A stretch of 63,798 nucleotides of DNA, filler included, from Choristocarpus tenellus KU-1152 (Eukaryota; Protista; Phaeophyceae): assembly GCA_964200185.2 (NCBI GenBank). It is 10 parts of 10 records of this genome, joined end to end, with 100 filler letters (N's around TTAATTAATTAA, not from the genome) between each part and the next. Parts side by side here need not be neighbours in the genome. Positions count along the whole stretch, not along the records: positions 20,290 to 30,856 come from CAXNAD020002853.1; positions 30,957 to 34,995 come from CAXNAD020016539.1; positions 35,096 to 42,152 come from CAXNAD020006772.1; 7 more parts are not named here. The stretch is one strand, 5' to 3'. Positions 27,401 through 38,776 of the stretch are shown one piece after another (the first letter of the stretch is position 1; every line of letters begins with the position of its first letter). Made by a program: the position numbers and the translations under genes. The notes under the pieces were generated by a model that saw only the letters and a list, made by a program, of their open reading frames with translations, ran no database searches and was not told where the DNA came from.

Positions 27401-30400
27401 TGAAATCTTACTTTGTTTGTTAGTAGTATTGCAATAATATCCAACCTCGTAACATCTGTACCATTCTGAACAATTGGCAAAGAACAAGAGAGTCCAAACT
27501 AGGGTTAGGGTAGTGTTGTACCTCGGACAGATATTGCAAGAAAAAAAAAAATCGGGGGACACAATATGAAACACAATTTATTAACCCACAAGAAAGTCTC
27601 AACACCGCATTTTATTTGAGTCAAGAGGATCCATCCCTCTTGCAACATCCCTAACCCCTCAATCCATGACTAACAGACTTCATAGATGTAGAAGAACTGG
27701 ACAAACGATCAGAAGCAGCGCTATGCTCTATGCACAACCCCATAAATTCAATCTCCAACAGACACAACAATTGTAATTATAAGAGCATGCACTGTATCAC
27801 TCAAATAAACTAGGAAGACATACTCTCAGAAGTCCTTTAATATTTGAATGATTTAGAAATGCCTTCCTCCGTATTTTCTTATTATTATTATTTTCCCCTA
27901 GCAAGGAAAGCGCTGAATTGAAGAGGTGGGATTACCTGCCACGAAAATCACCACCCGGTAGAGTTATCAAAATGAATACCGAGATGATTACCTGTTCTAG
28001 GAAGTGTTGATGAAGGCGGGGAAGGCTACGCTCCATGAGGAGGTCCAACACATTCAACATGAGCTGCAGCGCCTGCTCTCATAGTTCAAGTTAGGCAAAA
28101 AAAAGAAAGATGAATGGAACAGAAGGAGGTCAATCAGGCCGTCGAGGAAGAGAGCCAGACCAGATACCAAGAGGAGTGCCAACAGGATGTTCAAAGGCAA
28201 ACACATTCTTGTTTGGCTGTGTGCGATTTGCTCAATGTGGTGTGTGTGTGTAGGCTTGTTCTATTGGTGGGGGCATTGCTCTTCACACCATGCTGATTTC
28301 GGTTCAAAGTATTTGAAGTATTGCAATTCATGCCACAGACACGTGAAACGATATTCTACTCAGCTAACATCAGCAACACCTTGGGCAGCACATCAAATAA
28401 TTCCTCCAGGGTTGTCAAGTGGGAAGGAAGCGTTCACAACAATCAGACATGAAAAGACTCTTCAAATAGACCTTAGCAATGGCGTAGGGGTACATCAATC
28501 ACTCCAGTGCAGGAACTCAAAAGGCATACTATTAGGGAGGGCAGAGCTCTCACCGTCTGGCACGCCAAGAAAGACCAACCATACGAAAAAGAACCAGGCA
28601 ATATAATGATGCGTAACTGCAATATTATGTTAAGATAATCATTCAACAACAAAAAAAAACATTGCCAGTACATCACGACAAAATGTAATGCCCTGAAAAT
28701 GTCGGCAGAGGAACTGCATAAAAAAAAAATACTTTCCATTCACAATTTACACTTGTAGCAACTCGAACGAGGCTAGTCTAGAATGGATCTAGCATTACAT
28801 GACCTTCTTGACACTCTATTTATTGGAGCATGGTTAGGGTTTACATAGTCTGAATGGGGCATATTTCAGACCCAGAAAATGCACACCAGTGACAGGCCTT
28901 TGTGCAATATGACACTTGAAAAAAATACAACAAAATGTTCTTCCAAACTAAAATTTGGACAATTATGGGACTTCCACACTCAGAAATCATGGCCAAAAAG
29001 ATCAAAGCTCTAATAAGCATCCTATTTCCTTGAAATATTGACAACTGCGAGGCCAAGTCTTTCCGGTTCTCAATACAGCGACAACACATGGATGTAAGGT
29101 CAGAACTAAGATCGGCCCACAATTGGTACTGTCCATGAAAGAGCTGGTAACAATGGTAATGCCCTACCAGATTGTAATCACCTGAGCACTACCACCGGTT
29201 AAGATACAAAACTGTCAGGAAGGGTCGGTGCCTCTTAACACCCCTGTGCCCAACACATTTGAACATGATGCCTGGTCTCACCCAACACTCTCAGAGGTTC
29301 ACATATGTCAGTGGCACAAAAGGTGAGATGTGGTACTGGACTCAATAATCCACAACACAGTCCCATCAATTGAGAGAGACACAGGTTCATTTTGAAGTAA
29401 TTCCTTCACTTCAGAAGGACACACTCCAAAGCAAATTCATAAAAACTAAATTTTGCTCCCTACAATCTCCCGTTGACTTAAACAGGGTTTCTTTCAGTCA
29501 GCAGTATGGTATGACAAATAAAAATATATATATGGTATACGTGGAATTACTTGCACCATTATCGGTAAATGGATAGCGCCATACCGCTCCGCTGACAGCC
29601 AATTTTTAACACAGCAGATATGTGAAATTTCTGTACTAGTTGGCTGCCAGTCTGTGAAAGTACTTCTACATACCACATGCTGCAATCCCTGCATCCCTAA
29701 GCTGGGTGACTGAATCACTGGTGCCGACACTTCTTTCATTGATTGACATCCACACTTCCGAAAAACATGACAGGAGTGTATATCTTGGCTGGTTGGGTTG
29801 AATGGGGGGTAGTTTTCAGCACAGCAATGGCGACATAGCAGAACGTCTTGTCGGTTTCTGTAATACACGTTGGAATTGTTGTGTCAGTGTAAACCCTCCA
29901 TGCAAATACTTCACCTCAAGGTCTTCACTGTAGAGGTGTTCCAGGGCATACCCTTCAAACATTCCTGCCAACACAGCAAAGAGCCTGTCCGGATCAGACG
30001 CAAATCCTCCCCTGCCATCCACACCTAGACACTTCATGAGGTGGGCGGCTACGTAGTCCAGCCCTGTTCGAAACAAAGCCGTTTGTTTGTTGGTCCTACA
30101 TGCATGATGTAGGATTTTCACATGAGCAATTTCCAACTAGCACCTTGTGGCATTCCACGCATCTCACAACTGAAAACAGTACACAACCAATACTATGAAG
30201 AACAAAACAATGCAAAATTCACTTCATATGGGAAATGACACAAAAGCAATGTAGGATTGACGGTGAGATTTACCAAGTGTGAGTAATGTACAAGGGAAAT
30301 GCTATGATCAGAGATCCAATGGGGTCCACTTTCTTGTTCTAACCCCCCCCCCCCCTCCCCGACCCCTACATCTTAATTTTAAAAAAACCACCCCACACCA

Positions 30401-30780
30401 CCAAATCCCCCATGCCTGACCCTAACTACTGATATTAATAATATCATCACCACACAACATATCTCCATCGAAGTGAACATCTCTCAGGTGATACAATATT
30501 CTGTAAACAAACTACCAACAGATTGACAAAAAACGCACAACCCTCTCAACCCCTAACATGACACCAGGCTGTAAGTACATGAAAACAAGAACAAAAATCA
30601 AGCCATGTATGGTATCACACCTTGGCAGTATCCCACATCCCCGAAAGAAACTGCCAATGCTCTCAACACATCCCGAAGCTGTCCCTGCATGTATTCCAAT
30701 TGCATCATCATGCCAGGGCTAGGCAGCGATTCCTCATCCGAAACCTGCGATGACATGGGGGACGCCAACCTCTCCCTCCC
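24407..30780 (-). CDS. TBC-domain Rab GTPase-activating protein, 3' part (6 exons)
   Basis: Exons ~30780-30621, 30063-29915, 28072-27992, 26739-26617, 25379-25227 and 24886-24407, all GT-AG with matching phases. Spliced: LRDVLRALAVSFGDVGYCQGLDYVAAHLM...LPRLHQHF...FAVGWFQTLF...LWDMW...VFFRAALAIL. Contains the TBC YxQG glutamine finger; the IxxDxxR arginine finger would lie further upstream, toward or beyond the linker. Confidence 0.92.
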
Positions 30781-30956
30781 CCCCCCCCCCCCCCCCCCCC
30801 CCACCCCCTACACCCCCCCGGTCTTCCCCCCCCTTCTTCCCCCCTCCCCTCCCCCCNNNNNNNNNNNNNNNNNNNNNNNNNNNNNNNNNNNNNNNNNNNN
30901 TTAATTAATTAANNNNNNNNNNNNNNNNNNNNNNNNNNNNNNNNNNNNNNNNNNNN

Positions 30957-31029
30957 CATCTTGCTCGGTGATTCTCTTCACCACCCTTGCCTGAGTGAAC
31001 CACGCCGCCACAGAATCTCATGATTCACA
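30957..31029 (-). repeat. Start of dispersed repeat shared with 45781-45853
   Basis: Near-identical reverse complement of TGTGAATC...GCGTGGTTCACTCAGGCAAGGGTGGTGAAGAGAATCACCGAGCAAGATG. Confidence 0.85.
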
Positions 31030-32819
31030 ATTATCACAATAATACTATACAACTGACTAGGAAAACCAACCTTGTCACAATCGGAGGTACAGTGAAAACC
31101 CCGACACTCAATTCTTAGTTGAAATTGTCAACAATATGGTTTTATTTCCTGTATAAAAGTAGATTCGACAAGAAATAATCAGATGGAAGCAACAGCACAT
31201 TTGTATTTTGAAGAATAGAAGATAGGCATGTGTTAATGAACTAAGAATATGGAGGAGTTCAGGAATAGGAAACATTATAACAAGTAATCTGCGGCTAATT
31301 AATAGCCATCCACAGAATAGGATTGATTTGATGGCAACCAACCCCTCCCATCAAGCTTGAAAGTCCGCTCCTCCTTTCTCCTTCCCTACTTCATCTATAA
31401 TCTGTCCAGCGCAGTAAGGATGTAATCGAGTAATTTATATACACAGTCTAGGCAAACGCTATTATTAGCTTTTCACCTTCTATGCCGACCTGGAGAAATG
31501 ATCATGTTTGATGCACCCAAATTAATGTCTGACACACACACGCGGTTGTTGTGTCTTTAATATTGACAAAAATCCAGCTGCCTGTTGCCTACCAAAAAAG
31601 TGCAGACTAATGGGTAGAAGCCCAGTTCAGAGCGTCCAACAGAGATAAAGTTGCAAAGGGACACCACTTGCATGACGTGGAGGCAGGGGCAAGAGAATTG
31701 GGAAAGGAGGGGATTAGAAAGGCGGGGCAAGGGAGGGAAGAGCTGTGGGGATGCTGAGAAAGTTGATTGACAGCAGTGATAAAGCTTTCCACCAGACTGC
31801 TCACTCATAGCAGGGATGAGGGCAGATCGGGAGTGTGGACATGAGAACAAGCCACCTCAACACTCTGCACGATTGTCAAGGTGTATGGATTAGAGTCAAG
31901 TGGATACGCTCTACATTCAAGGAGGGTGGCTTCACGATTGGCAGGAAAAGATGCGAGGGAGGCTAGCAAAAAGCAGGCGGGACAGTGGGATAATGTTCTT
32001 TCGAAGTGTATGTTAGATGCAATACGGAAGAGACGAAGAGTCTGTGTCCTGAGGACCAAATATGTGAAAACATCCTAGCCTACTATAGACAGGATATGAT
32101 TACTTTGTGGGAGAAAGAAAGGATGAACCTACAAGTGAGGAAAAGACCTGCCACCCCACTACAGAAGAGTTGGTCCTGGCGATAGTCAGTTCGTCCTCTT
32201 TAGTCCCACTTGGTGTAGTAGTTTTCCTGCTTGGTGCGTTAAGAGTAGCTTGTCATATATGTTGGTTGAAACAGTGGTTAGTAGCTAGTAGCACCATTTG
32301 GAAAAAGCAGTATTCCTTAATTTTGTAGTGAAACAAAAGGGACTCCACAAGGAAGAACGGGTCCTTTAAGTCTTAAAGAGAGGCAGAAGGCTTCATCCGC
32401 ACCTTGCCTCACATCTTAGTCAATTCCGATGAAGCCTGTCTTCACTACACATGCCAAGCTCAAAGTCAACGATCCACCTTTTCAGTAACAACTAGTGGCA
32501 CCAGTATTTCGACAGGTCAACTGACTTGCCTGCTCGGCCCATACAGAGTACAAAAACGATGTATCACTGGAGCAAGGGTGGGTCTTACGGAGTGTGGTTA
32601 TATCGCTCAAGAAAAAGACAAAGCTTTATGTACTTGGGGACAGGAGACAGGCAGGGTACCAAGGAGAATGGAACTGCTGTCCCTCCAATTCTGAAAAAGA
32701 GGACTCTGGGAGTTGGAGTCTGGTCAAAAATGTCCTCAAGACTACCAGAGGAGAGCCCTTCGGTCGCTGCCTCACCTCTGCCTCACCTCATGCAGCGCAG
32801 TATGGCATCGTACTCGGTG

Positions 32820-33330
32820 CCAGTAATGAGAATGTGCTTGCCAGCCCAGGTATGGTCAAAATTTGTCCAGGGAAAACCATGTACTGGTTTACAAATAAAC
32901 TCGATGGAATAGTGGATGTGAAGAATGGTCGCTGGCAATATCAAAGATGTTCCCGAGTGCATAGCTTTGAAGATGAGGGAGGCTGAAAGATGATGTGCTG
33001 GTAGGACCATTAGGTGAATAGTATATGATGAATGTGATGTGTGCCAGCCACCAACCCCAAGGATGTTCCCTATGGTTTAGCTTTGGATATGGTAGGTTAT
33101 AAAGGTGACCTTACTGCTGTGTCTAGGGCTGAGCATGAACAGCACAGTGAATCTGCAACATGCCCAATGCCAGCACCAAGGATATGTGTTTTCTACCCTA
33201 CCTTTGTATGCAATTAGGAGAAAGGCCATGCTCTTGTGTGGACATAACTGGGTGATATGGTGAAGGTGAAGTGTGCCTTCTGCCGGCATCTAAGAAGTAC
33301 TCCAGTTCCTACCTTTGGACATGCTTTTGG
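32820..33330 (+). pseudogene. Degenerate EsV-1-7-like cysteine-rich repeat protein
   Basis: Repeating ~38-aa units such as NKLDGIVDVKNGRWQYQRCSRVHSF, VNLQHAQCQHQG and GDMVKVKCAFCRHLRSTPVPTFG resemble the EsV-1-7 pattern (HK.GMV.V...C...GC...PSFG). Many stops and frameshifts. Confidence 0.55.
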
Positions 33331-34194
33331 AATGCTGAAAAGGATATCTATACCCCGAAATAGACATTGTTCCCCCTCTCACCTCCACGGCCTCCTTTTC
33401 CCTGTGGGCAATGGAAGGGGGTGGCTGGGTGGGGAAAGATTGCCACAACAGTCGCTTGATAATCTTTCCCTCTTTCTACTTGGGCTGGGGACATTTTTTT
33501 TACTCGAGTCTGAAACCCTTTGTTGCACAGGTGGCTCTCCTCAGATCTTGTTGGGAACAATCGGGCCCCAGACATCTCAGCCAAACAGGCTTAATCATTC
33601 GGATATCCCCCCCTGCATCATTGCAATCTATTAAATAGTCGCCTATTGTGCTTCGAAGAGTGCGTGTTTCATCCCTTGGCTCCTTTTCCCCACATAAACG
33701 CAGAGAGTCCACTATGCATCCATAGTTTAAACTGCCACAGGACTGACATGCACACAGATACTTCTGCACCTATCTAGGAGGAAGATTATCTCAATCTTCA
33801 ATCCCATACACAACGATTTTCTTCGTTCTTCAGAGAGACCATCACAAAAATTGTAGGAGTTCCTTGCCAACAATGGAGGGATAGGGAAGGCTGGTGGGAG
33901 ATCGAACTTTATCAGTGGGTCAGAGGGACGAAAAATTTGGTCGTCGATCTAAAGTTTATTATTTTTTTATTATTGCTGCTTTCGGAAAATTCTTTGGATA
34001 CATTTGGAAGAGTTTGAGAGGGTATATATAAACTATCTCGTGGTTCTGTCCATATTTTCGTATAGGCATCACATCAGCTCCTTGGTGTCATACTGAAGAA
34101 GTCTATTAATTGGAGACATTTCTTGTCCGAGGTACCAACCAGATTTGGACCGATGCTACAGATGCAAAGTATATCTTGCTCACTCTTTATTTCT

Positions 34195-34340
34195 CGATTA
34201 AAACATTAAGTCAACCTTTGAGCTAAGCACTAAGTGAAGCATCGAGAGAAGAGTGACTGACCCCCACACGTGGCTATCAACTGTGGAAATACCCCTGTAG
34301 CGTCGTTTAAAGGTTTTGGGATTGGCGCTATACATCCTGT
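34195..34340 (-). repeat. Unclassified dispersed repeat shared with ~46939-47045
   Basis: CCCCTGTAGCGTCGTTTAAAGGT...TACATCCT is an inverted match to AGGATGTAC...ACCTTAAAACGACGCTACAAGGGG. Confidence 0.65.
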
Positions 34341-36113
34341 GGAGGTAAGGTTCTGGAGTGTGTTGTAACATTTTATGTTGCGTTCTAACAAGCGCGAGCA
34401 GTACACACACGTAAAGATTCTTACAAAAGGAACTCCGATTGCTAGACAATGCAGAGTAAGATTTGTACCATGTAGGGAACCTTACAGAATGAACGTCGAT
34501 TTGCTAGAAGTTCCAGAAAAAGATTTGTAATTGACTATGTATACAACAGTTTGCAGATGTCGTTCAAGTTGTAGATAGTAGAAATCAGTGGATTATGCTA
34601 ATAAAAGAAGTGCCTGATCAACCACATGACTCGTAATCTTAATCTTTTGGCAAACACAACATTGGCTGACACCAAGGGTGGTTATCAATTGAGAGAAGTA
34701 CACCCATGTTCTGCTGAGCTGAAGTTCGACTAACTGATGTGCGATGGACTCCTTTGGACAGTTGAAATATCCTGAGAGGCTCGCGTGAGAATCAGCATTT
34801 TCTATAGGCTTGTGGATTGAACCTATACATCATATGGAGGTAAGCTTCTGGAGTGTACTGTAACAGGTCTACATGTACCATGTTGGAACGGCTGGTGCAC
34901 AACATACCTATTATTTCTACGAGAGAATTGAAGCGTATTTGCAAGAGTCTATTCAAAGTCCATTGCTACTCACAGAAACTGTATGTCCGAGGCGTNNNNN
35001 NNNNNNNNNNNNNNNNNNNNNNNNNNNNNNNNNNNNNNNTTAATTAATTAANNNNNNNNNNNNNNNNNNNNNNNNNNNNNNNNNNNNNNNNNNNNGCTTG
35101 TCATGGATTCCCATTCAAAAAGGGGCCCTAAAAAAGTTTTAGGACATTTACAAAAAAAACATATGGGCACTTTCCGCGCACCATTTCGGTCAAACCCATC
35201 CTCCACGAAATGATCCGCTGTTATTTACAAAAAAAGACATATCGGCACTTTTTCCGCACCATTTTCGGTCAAAACCATCCTCAATAGTACACTCCATCCT
35301 CAATTTTTAAAATCCACTGTTTTATGAGCCTCTTAGGTTTCAGCACCCCCCAGCAGTTAGTTACTGGCATTTCTTCGCCTGGTGAAAAAAAAAATGGAGG
35401 TGTAGGAACGAAAGACAAATGAACATCGTTGACGTGGAGGCAAGTGCCTGGAGGCGCTGGACTACTCTTTTTGTATCTACCAGCTGACCAAGCAAGCTCA
35501 ATTTTTGAGGGGGTGAAGCAGTTCCACACACAGCAGGAGAGGAAGGAAGGATCATCCGGAGGAGTGCCTATTTTCTCTGGAACTTGGGCCTGCTAAAATA
35601 TGTATGTATTGTAGGCTGTGTTGTATCATCGATCTGTCTGTATTGTGGTGGTGGTGTACGATTTGGTTCCTGTGGTTAGATCTCGAATGTTACAGCTACA
35701 TTATGGGTGGCGTCACGTACTACTACATAATCGTTCGATGTTTCGTACGTAATTACACATCAGAGGTTTTTTGTTCGTTGGAATATAGAACGATATAAGT
35801 TGGTGGGGGCGTATTGATTGATGTGCGCGCACGCCTCGCTTAGTTCATCAAGAACCAACTCAGCAGCTAATACTGTTAGATACTCTCTATCATAAAAATG
35901 CAACCTCTCATGTTCCTTGCAAACTTTATCCCCTGCAATTTTATTCGTTGTTTGCTTACCAAGAAGGGTTTTACTCTAGCGCGAACGACGGTTTTCACCT
36001 TCCTTCTTCACCTTATCTTTTTGCAGCTAGACGTGCTGGGACTTTCCATCCCAACCCCTGCCACTCCAAGTAACAAGTGCCGATCGTTGACGGCAATACA
36101 GGGGTTGGCAACT

Positions 36114-37402
36114 ATGGGACTGGCTAATAGGTTGTGGAGGGACCGACCCACGGTACTGGGACTGGTTGGAGGTATTGCATCAGGGAAGACTACAGTCTCT
36201 AAATTTCTGGGAGAGTGCGGGGCCTCGGTAGTGGACGCGGACAAGTTGGGACACGAAAGCTACCAGCCGGGAACCAGCTGCTATAAGAAACTGGTGAAGG
36301 AGTTTGGCGAGGCAATTGTAGGTAGTGACGGGACCATCAACCGTCCCGCTCTCGCGGAAGTGGTAAGTATTGGTATGCATTGACACCACTCCAGGTTTAG
36401 CAACAGAAATGTCCTGCAAGGTTATTCTGTTGAAATCATGACATCAAGAGTCTTGCGCATCAATGATCAAGCCAATGGTGACGACTATTTTTTGTGGAGA
36501 ACATTTCAGGTATTCTCATGTCTTCACGTTCTGTTCACAAAAAAGATGAACTCTACGACCAGGAAACCCTCTCATTGCCTTGGCCTCATCCAAGGTGTTC
36601 AGCGATGCCGCAAGGAGGCAAAGACTGCAGGATATTGTCTGGCCAGAGATTCGCCTCCTCGCGGAAGAGAGGATCGCCTCCTACGAGCGCTCTGATTCAG
36701 AGTGTGTTGTCTTGGAAGCGGCAGTGATGCTGGAGGCTGGTTGGAGCGACCTCGTAGACGAGATCTGGGTGGTCCAGGTTGACCCCAAAGTTGCACGGTG
36801 AGAAGAATTTGTTAGAGAGTCGCCTTCCCTCTCCCGAGCTCACTTCATCTCCTTGACATGTCTCTTCAATGTGAGCCTTCGCTCTATCCTTGGGGCTTCC
36901 CATTGCCGCCGAATGCAGCAAAAGGGGGAGGAAATTCTCCACGCAGGATCACGGTTCGTCATACCTACTCTTGTTGCCAAAATCTACAGACACAGAGACT
37001 CTGTGCCTCCTACTCCACCGTGATTACATTTGACAAATAAAATTATTGCAACTCCTCATTCCAAGTCCTGACAGCTGTTTGCCTTGCAGAAACAGTGGGG
37101 ATCTTATCAGTCATTGATCCTTCAACACTCTCTTACCTCCATAATATCTCTGGTCTAAAACTGCTCACCCAATGCATTGTGATAAAAGGTACTCAAAACT
37201 GTACTCTATTGACACCCATCCCCCCAACCCCTCCAAACCTCCATGCCCCTCACCAAGAGAACGACTCATGGCGCGGAATAACCTTGCAGAAGCACAAGCA
37301 GACAAACGCATCGCCTCCCAGGCCATGTCCAATGAGGAGAGGGCATCATTTGCTCAGGTCATAGTTACAAATGACGGGACTGAGGAGGAGCTTCGAATGA
37401 AG
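36114..37402 (+). CDS. coaE: Dephospho-CoA kinase (CoaE/DCAKD family); termini uncertain
   Basis: Exons 36114 (or acceptor at 36027)-36362, 36595-36797 and 37258-37402 with compatible phases. P-loop GLVGGIASGKTT, VDADKLGH, INRPALAEVVF, IVWPEI, VVLEAAVMLE, ERLMARN, RIASQ, IVTNDG. Last exon not identified. Confidence 0.93.
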
Positions 37403-38776
37403 GTTTGTTCCCCACTTTCATCAAAGATCTGCAAATGTGTTGTGTAATCGACAGCAAGGAGCGGCGGAATCAGATCAAGGATGAGAGAGAGGGCATGGAT
37501 GAGGCTGGTACTATTGACGGGTCTCTTTCGGATCGATCTGTTGTGGTAGGATGTTACTTACTGGTCACAAAGGTTGACAGGATGACGAGTACAGGATCCA
37601 ACTATTGAGGGAATTTTGAACCACCGCGATGATTTTTCTTTTTTATGTCCAAATCCTGTGGGAACATATTTCAACTAGCGGTTGAAAAAATGATACGTCA
37701 TTGGGGTCTTTGACCATTGTTTGGGACAGATTCAGCAGTGATGTTCTTCTTCCTTACTCTTCCCAAGGCGAAGAAGCAGACACCTTCTCTTGGATTCATC
37801 ACGAGGTCACATCTCTCAAGAGACCAAAGCCAGGCCAATGCAAAATTTCCCCCACTTCTTCAACCGCGGCGTGTCTACCTGATGCCATCGGGGTCAATAT
37901 AATATTTTTCTCAACAATCTCTAATATGTGCAATCCCGTTACATGCAATAGCCCTACATTAGTGATGTAAATGGACCCCCACCATCACACCACGCACGTC
38001 CCACCCCATCGCATTCCTAAAAAGGTACACATTTCTTTTGTGCAAGCATGTAGCACCCTTGACAGTATCGAGATACTCGCACCCCCCACGAAAACGTAAC
38101 AAGACCCAAATAAGTACAATCCCAACTCTGTATCGAGCGATTTATTATATAGATGTCGTCCGTAGGACTAAGTTGGAGGTTGCTTTTCATGGTCCAAGTG
38201 CAAGTTTAGTCACCGGCTAACTCTACTTCTCAGAGCAGTAGCTCATTTTGGACCCATTAGTGAACACGCCTCCCACTTCGTTTTGGAGGCACTGTCTGTA
38301 GAGCGCTGGAACCTTGTTTATTCATTTTATTTGTGCGATTGCAGGAGATGTGGCATCCTATCGAGAGAGTAAGAAAACCTCTAGATGGGCAACGACCACC
38401 AGGTCGTTAGTTCCTGGGCAGCATGCATGTAGCACATGTTTTTTTCCCATTTCATTGTCTTTCAATATACCCACACCGTGTTCTTGTGGAGTGATCTTAA
38501 CTATTTTGCAGTCTCACATCCACATCTTGCCCGCATCCCTTGGGGGAAGAGCGGTTTCTGTTCCTGAGACCCCCCCCCCACAGATACTTTGGGTCTTGTG
38601 TGGGACAACAGATCATCAAGGGCAGCTTAACAAACCCTAGTTGGACCCTCCTTGTGTTGTGACATTAGTCGCCATTAATAGCTTCTTTCATCATTGAAAG
38701 TGCTCAGTATTGGGTGTTGAGCATCGCATTTGCTCTCAAGGAAAGTGGCGTGTGCATTTTCCACTGTCTCACCAAC

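Noticed and set aside
30957-31029. AAWFTQARVVKRITEQD as the upstream TBC exon
   Set aside because: It is a dispersed repeat, also at 45781, and lies across a linker.
37403-38420. Candidate last exons for the dephospho-CoA kinase (VEKMIRHWGL* near 37681; EMWHPIER near 38345)
   Set aside because: The first lacks an in-phase AG acceptor and the second lacks family-like sequence; cannot choose without transcripts.
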